DNA of 64,000 nucleotides from Antechinus flavipes. Lineage: Eukaryota. The notes under the pieces were generated by a model, which saw only the letters and a list, made by a program, of their open reading frames with translations, was not told the origin of the DNA and did not search any database. Shown here in pieces: positions 1 through 11,620 of the stretch; position 1 is the first letter of the stretch; every line of letters starts with the position of its first letter. The translations under genes and the position numbers were made by a program. The stretch spans positions 81,282,001-81,346,000 of the forward strand of contig NC_067398.1 of assembly GCF_016432865.1 (NCBI RefSeq), given 5' to 3'.

Positions 1-414
1 GGCTAATATCAAATATTAGAGGCACTGAATTGTGGAAAGCAGATCAGACTGATTCTTCCTTTGTGGGCCTGGAGATATTTACTCAGGTTGATTTGACCCA
101 TTATAAGGAGAAACTCTTAAGAATTTGCACTATCTTGGGCAGAAGAAAGGAGCTGTCTCCCCAGGCAAGCCTTGAGTTTCCTGTCCCTGTAGATCAAGGA
201 TCAAGCTGAGCTTGGGAACATGTTGGGGATAAAGACTGACAGAAGGGACATGAGCAGGTAAACTCCTGTGTAGGTAGCCTGAGACTCAATGATCCCTTCT
301 GATTCCCAGATTCTGACTCAATCAAAGCCCAGAAGAGGAGACGGGGTTATGTGGAGAGAGAAAGAGGTATGGTGGTATCCAGTCTTCCCAGTGGATGTGG
401 ATTCAGAGACTCAC

Positions 415-2585
415 TGAATGCCAACACATTTCATGTCCTGAGCACCCCGAGCAAAAATGTTCCCTTGGGCATCCTTGAAGGCTTCAAAAGGATCATGATT
501 CCAGTGTTCCTGAGGACAAAAAGAGCAAAGGGTCGAAGGGAAAGTTCCTGCTTACCTCCCATTCTTGTGATTTGTCCATAATACCTTTCCCCCAGCTTCC
601 TCCATCTTTCACCTCTTTCAGGAAGCCTCCCTGGAAGGCTAGGTCTCCAGGCCCCCTACAGCAGCCTGGAATTTATTGTTCCCTCGTTTTAAACAGAACT
701 CTCCCTACCAGCGCTCACATTAAGTGCCTATGTGTGTCATATATGACAATGCCCCCATTCCTCATTTAATCAGCACCCCTTCTCTAAACCATTCCCAGCT
801 CTGCACACCCTTCCATCCAGGGCAGTTCCTTCCTGACCTCTGGCTACCCTAAGTAGCTTCCTTCCACTTCAGCCTTTATTCACATGGTTCTCAGGAGGAA
901 CAGTGGACGGGCCTGGGCTTACACAACCCACAACAAAGGAACCACCTGGGAAAAGGCCTGAAGGAAGAAGATGAAATATTGGATATGGGGAGCAGACAAT
1001 ACGTCAAGGGGATGAGTGTCAAATGAGACTCGGAGAAAGGCAAATGGAGCCCCTTTTCAGAGGGCTTTCAATGCCATGCTCACGAGTTTACACAGATTTG
1101 TATTTTATCCAAGAGACAAAAGAACATGGAAAGGGTCAGAGCAGTGAATGGACATGTTGCATTTGTGCTAAGAGCTCCCAGGTTCAAGTTCCAATATTTC
1201 CTCTGTAAAATCAGGGAATTGGACTAAATAGGCGCCAAAGTCCCTTCTGCTTTTAAATCTGTGATCAGTAGTCAGTGCGCAGCTATTGAGAATTGGGGCA
1301 TTGGAAAGTGGGTAATAGCTCTGGTGTCTCCTTTGGATCATTTGTATGGAGCATTTTGCTACTCACACCACGTAGCTGCTAAGTCAGAAAGCCTCTGCTT
1401 CTGCTAACTGGGATCTTACCTAACAGCGCCCACAGTCATTCTTGCTGTCTCCCGTACTCTCCCCTATTTTAGATACACTGCTCTAGTCTCCAGCAATCAG
1501 GCTATGAGCTCTTGGACCATGTTATCTTTTTAGAGCTGCAAGACCTGAGTTCTTGTCTTGGCTTTGACCCCCTACTCAGTGACGGTGGACATATTTTTTA
1601 ATCCCCTCTAATCCTCAGTTGTTTCATCTATAAAAAGGGGATCATATTCACACAACCTGTTCCATGATGTGGTCGTGAGGAAAGCCCATAAGAAGCTTTC
1701 AGGCAGAAGGTGCTCATTGGTAGGTGGGCTTACTTGCCAAGCTTCCCTGAGTGACAAGGTGCTGGACCTTGCAACATGGAATCATGGGGAAGGATGCCAG
1801 AAGAGCCCTCCACCACCCCATCTTGGGGCCCTTGACATTTACCTTGAAGACAGGCACCACATCGGTATGGGAGTTAAGCACAAGGGAACGGAGCCTGGGA
1901 TCTGTGCCTCTCCAGGTCAATATTGTCACCACTCGGTCTGGGGCCACCTGACAAAAGATAATGATGGGAGGATTGCAGAGGATTAAAGAGAGCATGAGGA
2001 AGAAATTTCCCTCTCCCAGTCCTCTGAGCCCTGCTTGGAGACCAATCCCCCCTCCTTTCACCTCTGTCTTCTAAATGATACCTGAGATTCAGGTCAGGTC
2101 ATAGACCTCCCCCCTTCTTTTCTCACCTCCACCTTCTGACACTCAAGGCCCAAGTCCTTGGCTATTTTCTCCAAAAAAAGCACAGCTTCCTCTGTAGGGA
2201 AGAGAAAAACTCTGGTGGGATGGAAAAGGGAGAAGAGACAAAAACCCACCCCATTCCAGAATCTGGCTGAGGGTTTCTTTCTCCCCAAGGTCCTTGCCCC
2301 AGTTCAAGAGGCAGAGTCTGAAGTTCAAAATTTCAAAGACCTGATATGTCATTTCTTCAGTTACTAGAGCATCCAAGATGATGTCTGTAGGCAGCAAGAG
2401 GCCCAAAGTCCTCCGGCCTGAGAGGCCTTATCCCCAACCCATTCAGAAGCCATGGCAAGGGAAACTCATCTGAACTTACCATACTTGGGTTCTGGCTGCA
2501 CAGTCTGGATTTGGAGGTACTGGCGAAACAGTGTCACCGATGGATGCTCCCCCTCTGAGAGCTGGTGGTGGTCTTGGCCAGGCAT
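415..2585 (-). CDS. ACY1: Aminoacylase-1 (M20 peptidase family), first four coding exons; the gene continues beyond the left edge
   Basis: Coding exons 2585-2480, 2191-2127, 1947-1843 and 509-415 all have GT-AG ends and a continuous frame: [124 protein letters not shown]. Zinc-ligand motifs NSHTDV and RGAQDMK are present. The next exon is not within 1-414. Confidence 0.97.
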
Positions 2586-2939
2586 AGTAGTCCTGGATGC
2601 TCTGCTCCCTGCCCCTGATGGAAGGGAATTCGGAATGTTAGCAGCTCTTTGGAAATCTCTCCAGCTAGCTTTCAAGGGTCCAAGTATCATTTACTTCAGG
2701 ACTTCTCCTTTGTCCACGAGGGAACCCAAGATCTTGGTCCCTTCTTATTACGGCAGGAAGCCCTTGGAATGAGTAGGTCCAAGGATCAACTTCCTTTTTT
2801 GCCCAGGAGTGGAGAACCATCTCAGATGTCTGGATCCTGTATCAAACCTACCCACCTCGGCCTCCCTCCCTAGAAGACCACTCCAATTTCTTGGCAAAGA
2901 AAGACGCTATGATGGTTTACCATTTTCTTCTCCAGCTCG

Positions 2940-3070
2940 TTTTACAGGTGAGGAAACTGACAAACAGGATTAAGTGACTTGTCCAAGATCACACAAGTTA
3001 GTAAGTCTGGGAGGCTGGATTTGAACCCTAGAAGACCAGTCCTCCAGAGTCCGAGCCCAGCCTTCTATCA
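2940..3070 (-). mobile_element. MIR/CORE-SINE remnant (representative of many; others near 4800-4920, 5990-6110, 8960-9190, 11900-12200, 12620-13340, 14790-15010, 19720-19860, 22000-22170, 28560-28720, 45200-45330, 47240-47330)
   Basis: CORE motif ttttacaggtgaggaaactga followed by aagtgacttgtccaagatcacac and ggatttgaacc. Similar cores are visible at the other listed positions. Boundaries are approximate. Confidence 0.75.
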
Positions 3071-3429
3071 CTAAGTCACCTAGCTATTTTACTCCCTACC
3101 AGCTCCTCTGACCACTCTCCACTCTCCCAGGATTTGTTCTCCTCCCTCCAAAATCCTTCGGGCCTTTCTCCATTCCTGCCGGATCCCAAGACCTCTCCTT
3201 AATCTCCCTCCCTATCCCTTACCTACCGCCGGAAAGAAATGGAAATGTCTTTGTTCCCGGCACATAGGAGGTGCTTAACAAACACTTGTTGACTGCTTCC
3301 CTGGAAGCCCGCAGATCCCTCTTTCCCTCAGCCTCCCTCGCCTCCGTCTGGGTCCCCCATCCTTTATTCCCCACCGCCGCTCAGACCTCTGTTTCCCCAG
3401 GAGTGACAGGGTTCCCTACCTGTTCTCAC

Positions 3430-4060
3430 CGACCCTCAGGATTCCTTCCCACCCTCGCCCTCTGCTGCCTCAGGGCCCCCAATCAATCCTCCACCCCCAC
3501 CCCCACCCTGGGCTCAGGCTACAAGCCTCCGCTGGAGGCCGGAGGCCACAACAGCTGGCTCCCACCCGCGGCAGCACATCTGGCCCGAGCAGGTTGGCGA
3601 CAGCCCGCCGGGGACAGCGCAGTCTCCGGCCCCGAGAGGACAGCACTCTCCGCGGCACGTGGAGGCCCGCGGGGGCAAGCTGCTGGGAGAGCCCCTCTAC
3701 TGACCCACAGCCCCGCCGGGCTCCTCTCCCCACCCCCACCCCCAACCGTTACCCCGGTGCGTCAGGATCCCCAGCAGCCAGTCCAGACGCTGCAGATCAG
3801 TGTGCCGGGCCTGGCCCGGGCTGTCCCTGTATGGGGAAGAGACCCCGCCCCTGGGCTGGCCGGGAGGCGGGACTCGGGGACGTGAAGTGAGACAGGATCT
3901 TTCCGTGTGAGCCCCGCTCTATTTCCCACATTTCTGTGTAACTGTCACCATGACAGTGGAGACACTGTAACCGTGTCTCCGCGACACTGTAACCTTGGGC
4001 TTCCCCCGGAGCTCCGGCTGGGACCCTCTTCTCGTACTCTCGCTCCCTTAACTCACAAAG
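3430..4060 (-). promoter_or_regulatory. CpG-rich promoter / non-coding first exon region of ACY1
   Basis: Local CpG enrichment with a GC box (gggaggcggg near 3861). Candidate minus-strand donors are GGG|GTAACG (exon end 3753) and TCG|GTGAGA (exon end 3430). The acceptor of the ATG exon is at 2615-2617 (exon starts 2614). The exact TSS cannot be determined. Confidence 0.6.
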
Positions 4061-5661
4061 TCAACCCCGAGCTCTCTGCAGAGGCTCCCCAAGTTTCTGT
4101 ATCCCACCCGTCTCTCCGCCGGACTTAGTTCTAAATCACCAACACGGCCTGAATATCCGCCGAGATCTCGCCTTCATTTCCACAGCAGAGCTCCTAGGCT
4201 CCCCAAAGCCATTTCTGCAGAAGGCACCAATCACCCCTCCAGGCAACTCAGTTTTGGAGTCAACCTTCAGTCCTCCCTCTCCCTCATCCAATTAATCAAT
4301 TGCTAAATCTTGCCCTGAACCACAAACTGGCCTTTCAGGTTCTCAAGGAGACATTTTTCTCTCTGTACCTTTACACATGAAGTTCCCCCCTGAAATGCAC
4401 CCCCTCACCTCCCCCTCTGTGATGGCTCGCTCCCTTCCAAGACACAGCTTAAGCGCCAACTACCCTAGGCCCCTCTGGATCCCCAATTTTTTAAACACTC
4501 TCCCTCTTTATTTTGTAGTGTATTGTATATGCCTTGTATTTATCTGCACAAGTTATTTCCAGCTCTGTCTCCTCCAGCAGACTCTAAACTCCTTGAGGGC
4601 AGGAGCTATTTTGATTTTATCTGGGAATACCAGGGTCCAAGCATGTCTTAGGCACTTAATGCTTGTATGTAAAAGCACCTCCCACCATCAACACTGTTCT
4701 GTTGTCTTGTCCCTGTCCCCAACAGACCCTGACCATCCAAGTCCCCAGCAGGTATAATTCTACGATGCACACATCATCACCACATGTGACACTTGACTCT
4801 ACATCTATGACCCTGGATAATACATTTTATCTTGTATGCCTCCGTTTCCTCATCTGTAAAATCAGGATATAATAGCACTCACCGGCCAGGGTTGTGAGGA
4901 TCACGTGACACTATTTGTAAAATATTTTGCGAAACTTAAGGGACCATATAAATGTTATTCTTTGTGAAGTGTTGTGTCTAGATTTGAGAAACCTGTCTGA
5001 GCAACATGACCTGTCCATGGTCTTGAGTGGACATCCCACTCTGAGTGACTCTGGGAACAATGAAATTCTTGGATCAGGCCCCTCGAGACCAGCCACTGCC
5101 AGGTTTTGGGACCCTAGTGGTACTGAGTACATGGATGTGTGCAAGAGTATATGTCGACATGCTCCAAGTACAACCACATGCCCTTTGCTCTCTGAACAGT
5201 TCACCATGGGAGGTCCTTGAATTCCCCTTCCCCTGTGCCAGATGCTGAGTCGGCTCCCTCGGGTTATGTGGGGAGGTATGGGTATGTGCTTCCAGTTGAG
5301 GCCAGGTTTGTTTAGCCCAGCAGATTTGCATGCTTATGGAGGGTGGGGAAGAGAGTTACCCATTCAGCACAGTCTAGGGTTTGGGATGGGCCTGAAATGA
5401 TTTACTGGTTCTGATTTTCCATCTCCAAGTCCCGAGATCCTTTGTCCCAATTCTCTCTTCTCTGATTCCCCAGACTTTTGAGCATGCAGTGTGAGATCAA
5501 CTACCCCACTCCCCCAACACAAGTACCCCAGCAAAAAGTCACAGAACCGCGGGCCAAAGGAAAACGGCCTCAGAGATCAGATCTCAAGGTCTGTCCTGTC
5601 CCCTCCAACTTCCTTGTTTGATCTGGGATAAACCCAAGGCTATCTTTTGGGTGCCCTAGAG

Positions 5662-5844
5662 CCTAGCTTCTTAAAATTGTGGTTTGCAGTCCCAACTGGG
5701 GTAACTGAATGTGGGGGTGCAAAATTATGATTATCAGCAAATGTTTGATTTGTAAACTTATTTCATATATCTAGATTCCCAAGGTCAAGAAAAAATTTCT
5801 CAGGTGAAAAGGGATCACAAGTGGAAAAAGTTTAAGAAGCCTTA
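5662..5844 (-). mobile_element. Non-autonomous hAT/Charlie-type DNA transposon remnant
   Basis: Terminal inverted repeats gcttcttaaa...tttaagaagc, flanked by CTAG-centred octamers (ccctagag / ctctagtc). The body is the reverse complement of the element at 24773-24955. Confidence 0.55.
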
Positions 5845-6262
5845 CTCTAGTCAAAGTGGGGTAACAGGACTCTGTCTTCAGCTGTTGTTTGCCTAAGTTT
5901 GTTAGTCTAAGCAGTGAGACAAGTTAGGAGAGGGAGGGCTGGGCTGGGTAAGAGGAAGGAGCAGTTCAAACCCTGCAGCAACTGTTTCCTAGCTGAGTGA
6001 CTGGGCAAATCACTTAAAACCTCTCTCAGTCTCAGTTTCCTTCTGTGTGAAATGAGGATAATAACGCTTACCTCCCAAGATCATTGTGAGAATAGAATAA
6101 TAGACATGTGCTTTGCCAACCTCACACAGCCAGCTATTATTCTAAGGCAACCCTGGGGTTTCTTTAGAAGACCTTTTCTCAAAGCATAGTCTAAATAAAG
6201 CCTTCTCAGTTATGTTGATAAGAGGGTTTGAGTTATTCTAGGCAGCTGCTGGGCGGTCTACC

Positions 6263-6785
6263 TGTTAGAATCCTTACAAAGTGTTAAGTCATTAGAATTG
6301 ATAGAGACAATAATTATCTAATTTAGCATGGTTCAATATGATTGATCTGATCCTACAAGGAGATGTTATGGGCCAGAACTTGAAATAAGGTACTGAGTGG
6401 AATTGAGGAGACAATAGTTAAATCTAGTTTAGTATTGATTTAATCCTACAACAAATAATGGTTTCCCAGTGATATAATGATTGGTGTGTACTCAGTGTAC
6501 AGTATATAAGCAAGAAGCTCTCAGGGACAGAGAACACAGAAACCCACTCTCGGAGGCGGAGACAGATTCATTCCATATTCCACCTTTGTGTTGGCTGGAG
6601 ATATTCGGAGGGAGCTGAAGCTCAAGACTTTGAAGGACACAATAAAGGACTGAATTTTAACTCCTGGCTGTATTTGAAGTGATTATTACTTTGAACTGAA
6701 ACTAAGGCTGCCTCCAAAAACCTCCCCAAGAAACCTGCTCTCCCAGAGAGAACGATCATATTGTACAAAAGAAGAGAACACCACA
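6263..6785 (+). mobile_element. Solo LTR of an endogenous retrovirus
   Basis: Has TG...CA ends, an internal tandem duplication in U3 (gaattga..gagacaata..ttatcta..tttag..attgat.t.atcctacaa twice), TATATAA at 6503-6509 and AATAAA at 6641-6646. No clear TSD was found, so the left edge could extend to about 6213. Confidence 0.65.
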
Positions 6786-7093
6786 TTTATCCACTTCAGG
6801 ATTCTGTGATTCCCACCTCCTCATTTTATAGATTAAGAAACCAGCCAGGAAAGGACACAGCCGGTTAAGGGCAGAGGTCTCTGGGACCAGGACTCAGTTC
6901 TCCTGGTTCTTGAGTCCAGGGCGCGCTGCCTTAGCTCATCACCCCCATCCTCAGAACCCCAAACAACTTCAGATGCTGTATGGGAGTGGGGAAAACTGTC
7001 CCAGAGTCCATCCTTCCTTCATGGTCCTCCCACTCACCTCATGCCCTCCCCACCTCCAAACAGGAAGTATACCCTGGAAGCAGACAAAGTTCA

Positions 7094-7099
7094 TTTATT
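7094..7099 (-). terminator. Polyadenylation signal of ABHD14A
   Basis: AATAAA on the minus strand (tttatt on plus), about 200 nt after the stop codon. Confidence 0.75.
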
Positions 7100-7302
7100 A
7101 AAGTCCAAGTGAGTGGGGGTTGGCAAGGCCCCAAGAGGGCAACCATGCGATCCCAGCCGCACCTGCCTCATCTCCCTCTGTGGTACCGGGGAGCAGGAAG
7201 GCATTGTCTTGCAAAGGTCCTCTCAACCCTCCCCCAGTCTCTTGGCATCCGGGGCCCATCCTGCTCCACCCAGAGAAAGGCCAGTGGTCAGAGACGCAGA
7301 CT

Positions 7303-9559
7303 TCATGACAGCTTGTCCAGGAAGGTGAGCAGGGCATCATGGAAGTCATGGGGCTGGTGGAGGTAACAAGCGTGGCCAGCGTCCTGCAACCTCACCGTCG
7401 AGTGGTTGGGGAGGTACTGCAGCTTGTGCAGAGACTCCTGGGCCAGGCCTTTGTCTAGAGCTCCATATACAATAAGTGTAGGTGTCTGTAGAAGGGGATG
7501 GCAGGGAGGGAGGACCCCCAGGTCAGCCAGAAAGCCATCTTCTCCCCTGTCCCCCAGACTGGAGCCCTATCCTTCAGCCTCCCGGGCTCCAGGTCCCTGC
7601 CCTCCTGTATCCAATGGGAAGCCCTCCCAGAATAATGTACCAATCAATTCATGAACAGGATGCTCTGTACAGAGTAGCATATATGCTCCCTTAGTGCTTG
7701 GTGGAGGTTCTCCAGCCCGCTTCCCCCCTGTTCTGGAGGGCTCCCTGAGGATGGGACAATGTCTCCCCCTTCTTAGAAGGGAGACCACAGCATGGAAACT
7801 ATGAGCTCTAGAGGTTCAGTGGTTTGGTAGGAAGCAGCACGGCCACAACTTTAACCTACATCCTCCAACTTCACCGCTTTCATTCTTTTCCCATGTCTCC
7901 TCAGCCTAAGGCCCCCTGAAGACAGGGTCTCAAAAGGAGGCTGCAGGAAAATGTGGCTTCAGAATCCGAGGACTGGGTGCAAATCCAGTCTCTGATACTT
8001 ACTAGCCCTCTCTGGGCATGTTTTCTCACTTTAAAAACAAAAGGGTTGAATTCGATGGTCCCTGAGGTCTCTTCTAGAAGCTGTACCTGCCCCTCTGAGC
8101 AGGGGCTCCCATCAAACTCATCATGCTCCCCCCCCCAGTCCATGCACCCACTCATCAGACATACCTTGATGGCTGAGAACTGCTTGTATGTGTAATTCTC
8201 AGTGAAGGTGGGAGCAATGGGGACAAATCCACACAGCTGCTGGTGAGCTCGCATCAGGAAGGGCAGAGAGTAAAGGCCGCTCAACGAGGGACTGACCAGC
8301 ACCAGGTTTTTTACCTTCAGGTCCTGCAGGACTCGATGCAGGAGATCTGCCCGTCCAGCCTCTGTGCGGGCTGCAGGTAAGGGGAACGAGTTCCCAAAGC
8401 CTGGGACATAGAATGTGGGACAAGGAGAGGAGGGAGAGAGACACAGAAAACACGGATTTGGAGGCTTCTCAAAGGTTTTTGAAATTTCCCCCTCATTTCC
8501 AACCCTTCTCTTAGCCCTTGAAGATCCCTCCCTGGGATCCTGGCTCTCACCAGGGAGATCTAGCGCAATGGCCCGGTAGCCCCTTCGGGACAATATCTCC
8601 AGTGTCCCCAGCTGCTGCCAGATGTGTGAAGTGAAGGCCTTCCCATGTAGTAACACCACCTCGATCCTGTGGAAAGTCAAGGTGCATGATGCCCCCTTCC
8701 TCACCCTGGGCTCCCCAGCCTCAGACCAACTCAGCCAGGTGCCCCCCACCCTGAGCGGGGTGAGAAAGCTCTGCTCGTGCAGAGACTCCTGGGCAGGCCT
8801 TTGTCTAGAGCTCCGTAGAGCTTCTGAGGATTTCCACTTAGTTTGGAGGCCCCCTTCCCTCCCTCTCCCTACCTCTCCCTGGGAGCTCCAACCTTCCTCC
8901 TCCTCTCCCCCCTCTCTGATAGTCCAGGGCGCGCTGCCTTAGCTCACATTTTCTCATCTGATTCCGTGAGGTGGACAGTGCCACAACTCCGATCCCCATT
9001 TCACAAAAGGGAAAACTGATGCTGAGAGAAGTAATGGACTTCCTCGTGTCTCAGGAGCCAGAGCGGGAGGGGACCACTTTTCAGATGAGAAAAATCTCCA
9101 CTCAGAGAGGGCACAGCATTTGGTCAGGGTCACCCAGGCCCTAAGGTGAAGAGCTGGCATTCGGACCCAGGTCCCTTGACTCTAAAGCCGGGGCTTTTCT
9201 TTAAAGGTCATCCAGGGAGTTCAAGGCAAAGCTAGGATTCAGCCCCAGCTGTGAGGGTATGGAGGCCACCAGGGAGAGCAGGGAGGGAGCGCGGCCCTGG
9301 GGCCGGGACCATGATGGAGGCTGGTGGCTGGGCTGAGCAGAAAGGACACGCACCTGTGTGGCCTGCGAAGCGGCTGCACCTCCCTGTAGAAAAGCGAGGA
9401 GTTGCTGTGTGTGACACCAGCCAGGATGGTGACATTGTCTCTGTCCCGGGTCCAGATGAGGGGCTGGGGGAGACTAGGCAGTCCCAGGTAGAGCAGGATA
9501 GTCAGGAGCAAGCCCAGGGCCAGCAGGACCCCCTTGGGCAGTTTTGGGGCACCCTGCAT
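7303..9559 (-). CDS. ABHD14A: Abhydrolase domain-containing protein 14A, 246 aa, N-terminal membrane anchor
   Basis: Coding exons 9559-9354, 8666-8551, 8400-8165 and 7485-7303 total 741 nt, are in frame and have GT-AG introns. The protein has a hydrophobic anchor ([17 protein letters not shown]), LLHGKAF, ALDLPGFG, nucleophile SPSLS, YGALD and DAGHACY (Ser-Asp-His triad). Confidence 0.96.
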
Positions 9560-10779
9560 GCCCTGCAGGGAACAGGAGGGCTGAGAGTCAGGGAGGGACT
9601 TCCCACACACACTTCTCAACGGACTCTACATCTAACTGACCCCACTGGAACCTCTGGCGAGAGAAAGGGTTCTAGCCCATCCCCCAAGGGTAGTCAGATC
9701 AAGGTTAGTTTTAGGGTGGCCCAGCTAGCACTGGGGCCAGGAACTCCCAGCTGGGGCTCTGGGCTGCTCCCTCATTCTCCCAGGCTTGGAGTGTGAATGG
9801 GTTCAAGTAGAGCTGGATTTCTGGTTCTCAAGAGTGCACACTAAAGGTACTCGCATCCCCCTCCCCCCACCACACACACTGAGCATCCTAATGAACACAG
9901 GTCCCCCGACTCTACTTGCCAACAGAGTAACCTGTAGCTGCTCGGAGCCAGCGATGGCTGCGAGACCACTTGCTGAGAATCCTGGGAAGAACATTGCTAT
10001 CTCAGGTGCTCAGCCCCCTGATTCTCCATCCCCTTCTCAGGCACACAAGGATCCCTTTCTCACAGACTATTCTCTGCAGGCACAGATGTATGTCTCTTAT
10101 GTACATCTCCACAGGATTCTCATCCCTTACATATCTCTTAGACAGACCATTTCCCTGCCCCAGTCCCTGAACTACAAGTACTATGGCTATTGAACCCAAA
10201 ATGTGCCCTCCCCCCATGGACTTCATATCACTACATAGAGTGTCCCTTGAGTTCACTGGTCCAAATCACAGAAAGTCCTTTTCATCCCAAGTTGTGGGAG
10301 GACCCAGCTTACAGCACCAGGCCTGGTCTCTACCCAAACCCTGGGAATGGTGTCAGTCCAGGTGACTGCCAGTCCACAGAACTGTGGAGGTACCCTGCCC
10401 TATGTTGCCCCTTCTGGAAATCAGGATGGAAGAGAGAGAAATCCCTGCCGCCCTTCAGCAAAGGAATATTTGATAAAAGGGAAAATTGGTAAAGAAGAAC
10501 CACAAAACCAACCCTGAGCTAGAGAATTCTTCTGCTTGAACTTGACTTCTCTGTCGGTATTCCAAACCCAGAACAGACTCTGACAGTGTTAATATGGTTC
10601 AGGTTAGACTATATTATCCATCCCAGGAATTCTGAACTCCCTGTTCCTTGCCTTGTTCCTTACCCCTAACTTGCTGCATCTCTGCTATTATCTTCTTCCA
10701 CCCTGCTTCATGGTGCTCAGTTCAGCTCTGCCCACCCCATCCAGTGTGTCTTCTGGAATGCCTGCTTCAGAATGAATAT

Positions 10780-11620
10780 ATTTCCTTTCATTTCAAACCT
10801 CTTCCTTTCTTTGACCCTTCTTCCATCTTCTGACTCTCACTGAGACCTGTTTCCCTCCTAATGAAAACTTTCCTTAACATGCTTTCCAGTACTGACTATA
10901 CTTTCTCTCATATCTACCAATCATGAACGTAGGGAAGTTGAAATGTTCCTAAAGCCAGAATCTCCCTCTACCACCTTCCCTAGATAATCTCTTGTCCTTG
11001 GAATTTCACTCCATTCAAATGTATTGCAGAATCCACATAGCTATCTATATATCCTCAGGATGTTCTCACTCTCCACATAGTTTTTTCCATACTTTCCTGT
11101 CTCTCTTCAAGCACTGCATATCATCCCCCTCCCCTAATCCTCTAAATTGACAATCTGGACTCACACTTCCCTGAAAAAAATAAAATAAAAACATTTGCTG
11201 GGAATCTCACTTTCCGGCTCCACTTTTTCTCACATCATTAAGACATTTACCTTCATTATTTCCTCCTTTACTCAGGTATGTGATAAAGAAGTGGCCTTTC
11301 TCCTTGCCAAAGTCAATCCTTCTGTTATGTATCCTTTCTTCTTCTCTCTTCCATCACCCCCACTCTCTAGATTAACTTCAATCTTTTCCTATCTGTTGTC
11401 TCCTTCTTGCTACTTACAAACTTATCCATGTCTTCCCAAACCTTAATAAACTCACTCTTGATCTTGCCACTTCTGCTAGCTATCATCCTTTATCTCTTTT
11501 CCTCTTTGTGGTTAAATTCCTTGAGAAAGCCATCTACACTAAATGCTTTGCCTCTTTTTTAAACTCTCAGCAATGCCTTTTGATGTCATCATTCAATTAA
11601 AAGTGCCCTCTCCAAAGTCA
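10780..11620. mobile_element. Old, degraded LINE-2-like fragments in ABHD14A intron 1
   Basis: Pyrimidine-rich degenerate sequence with L2-like words (ctcactgagacctg, ttctccttgccaaag, cttgagaaagccatctacac, ctctccaaagtca). Recognised by pattern only. Confidence 0.4.

Noticed and set aside
2586-2690. In-frame upstream ATG extending ACY1 by 35 aa
   Set aside because: The ATG lies upstream of a good branch point/pyrimidine tract/CAG acceptor at 2615-2617, so it is intronic.
3601-3620. REST/NRSE site near the ACY1 promoter
   Set aside because: Only the right half (GGACAGCGC) matches; the left half and spacing do not fit the consensus.
4911-5331. Overlapping short ORFs as a possible retrocopy
   Set aside because: No recognisable protein similarity, poly(A) tail or TSD.
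7901-8749. Single 282-aa ORF as an intronless ABHD14A
   Set aside because: It reads through the 150-nt intron 8401-8550, which has canonical splice sites, and runs into intron sequence at both ends.
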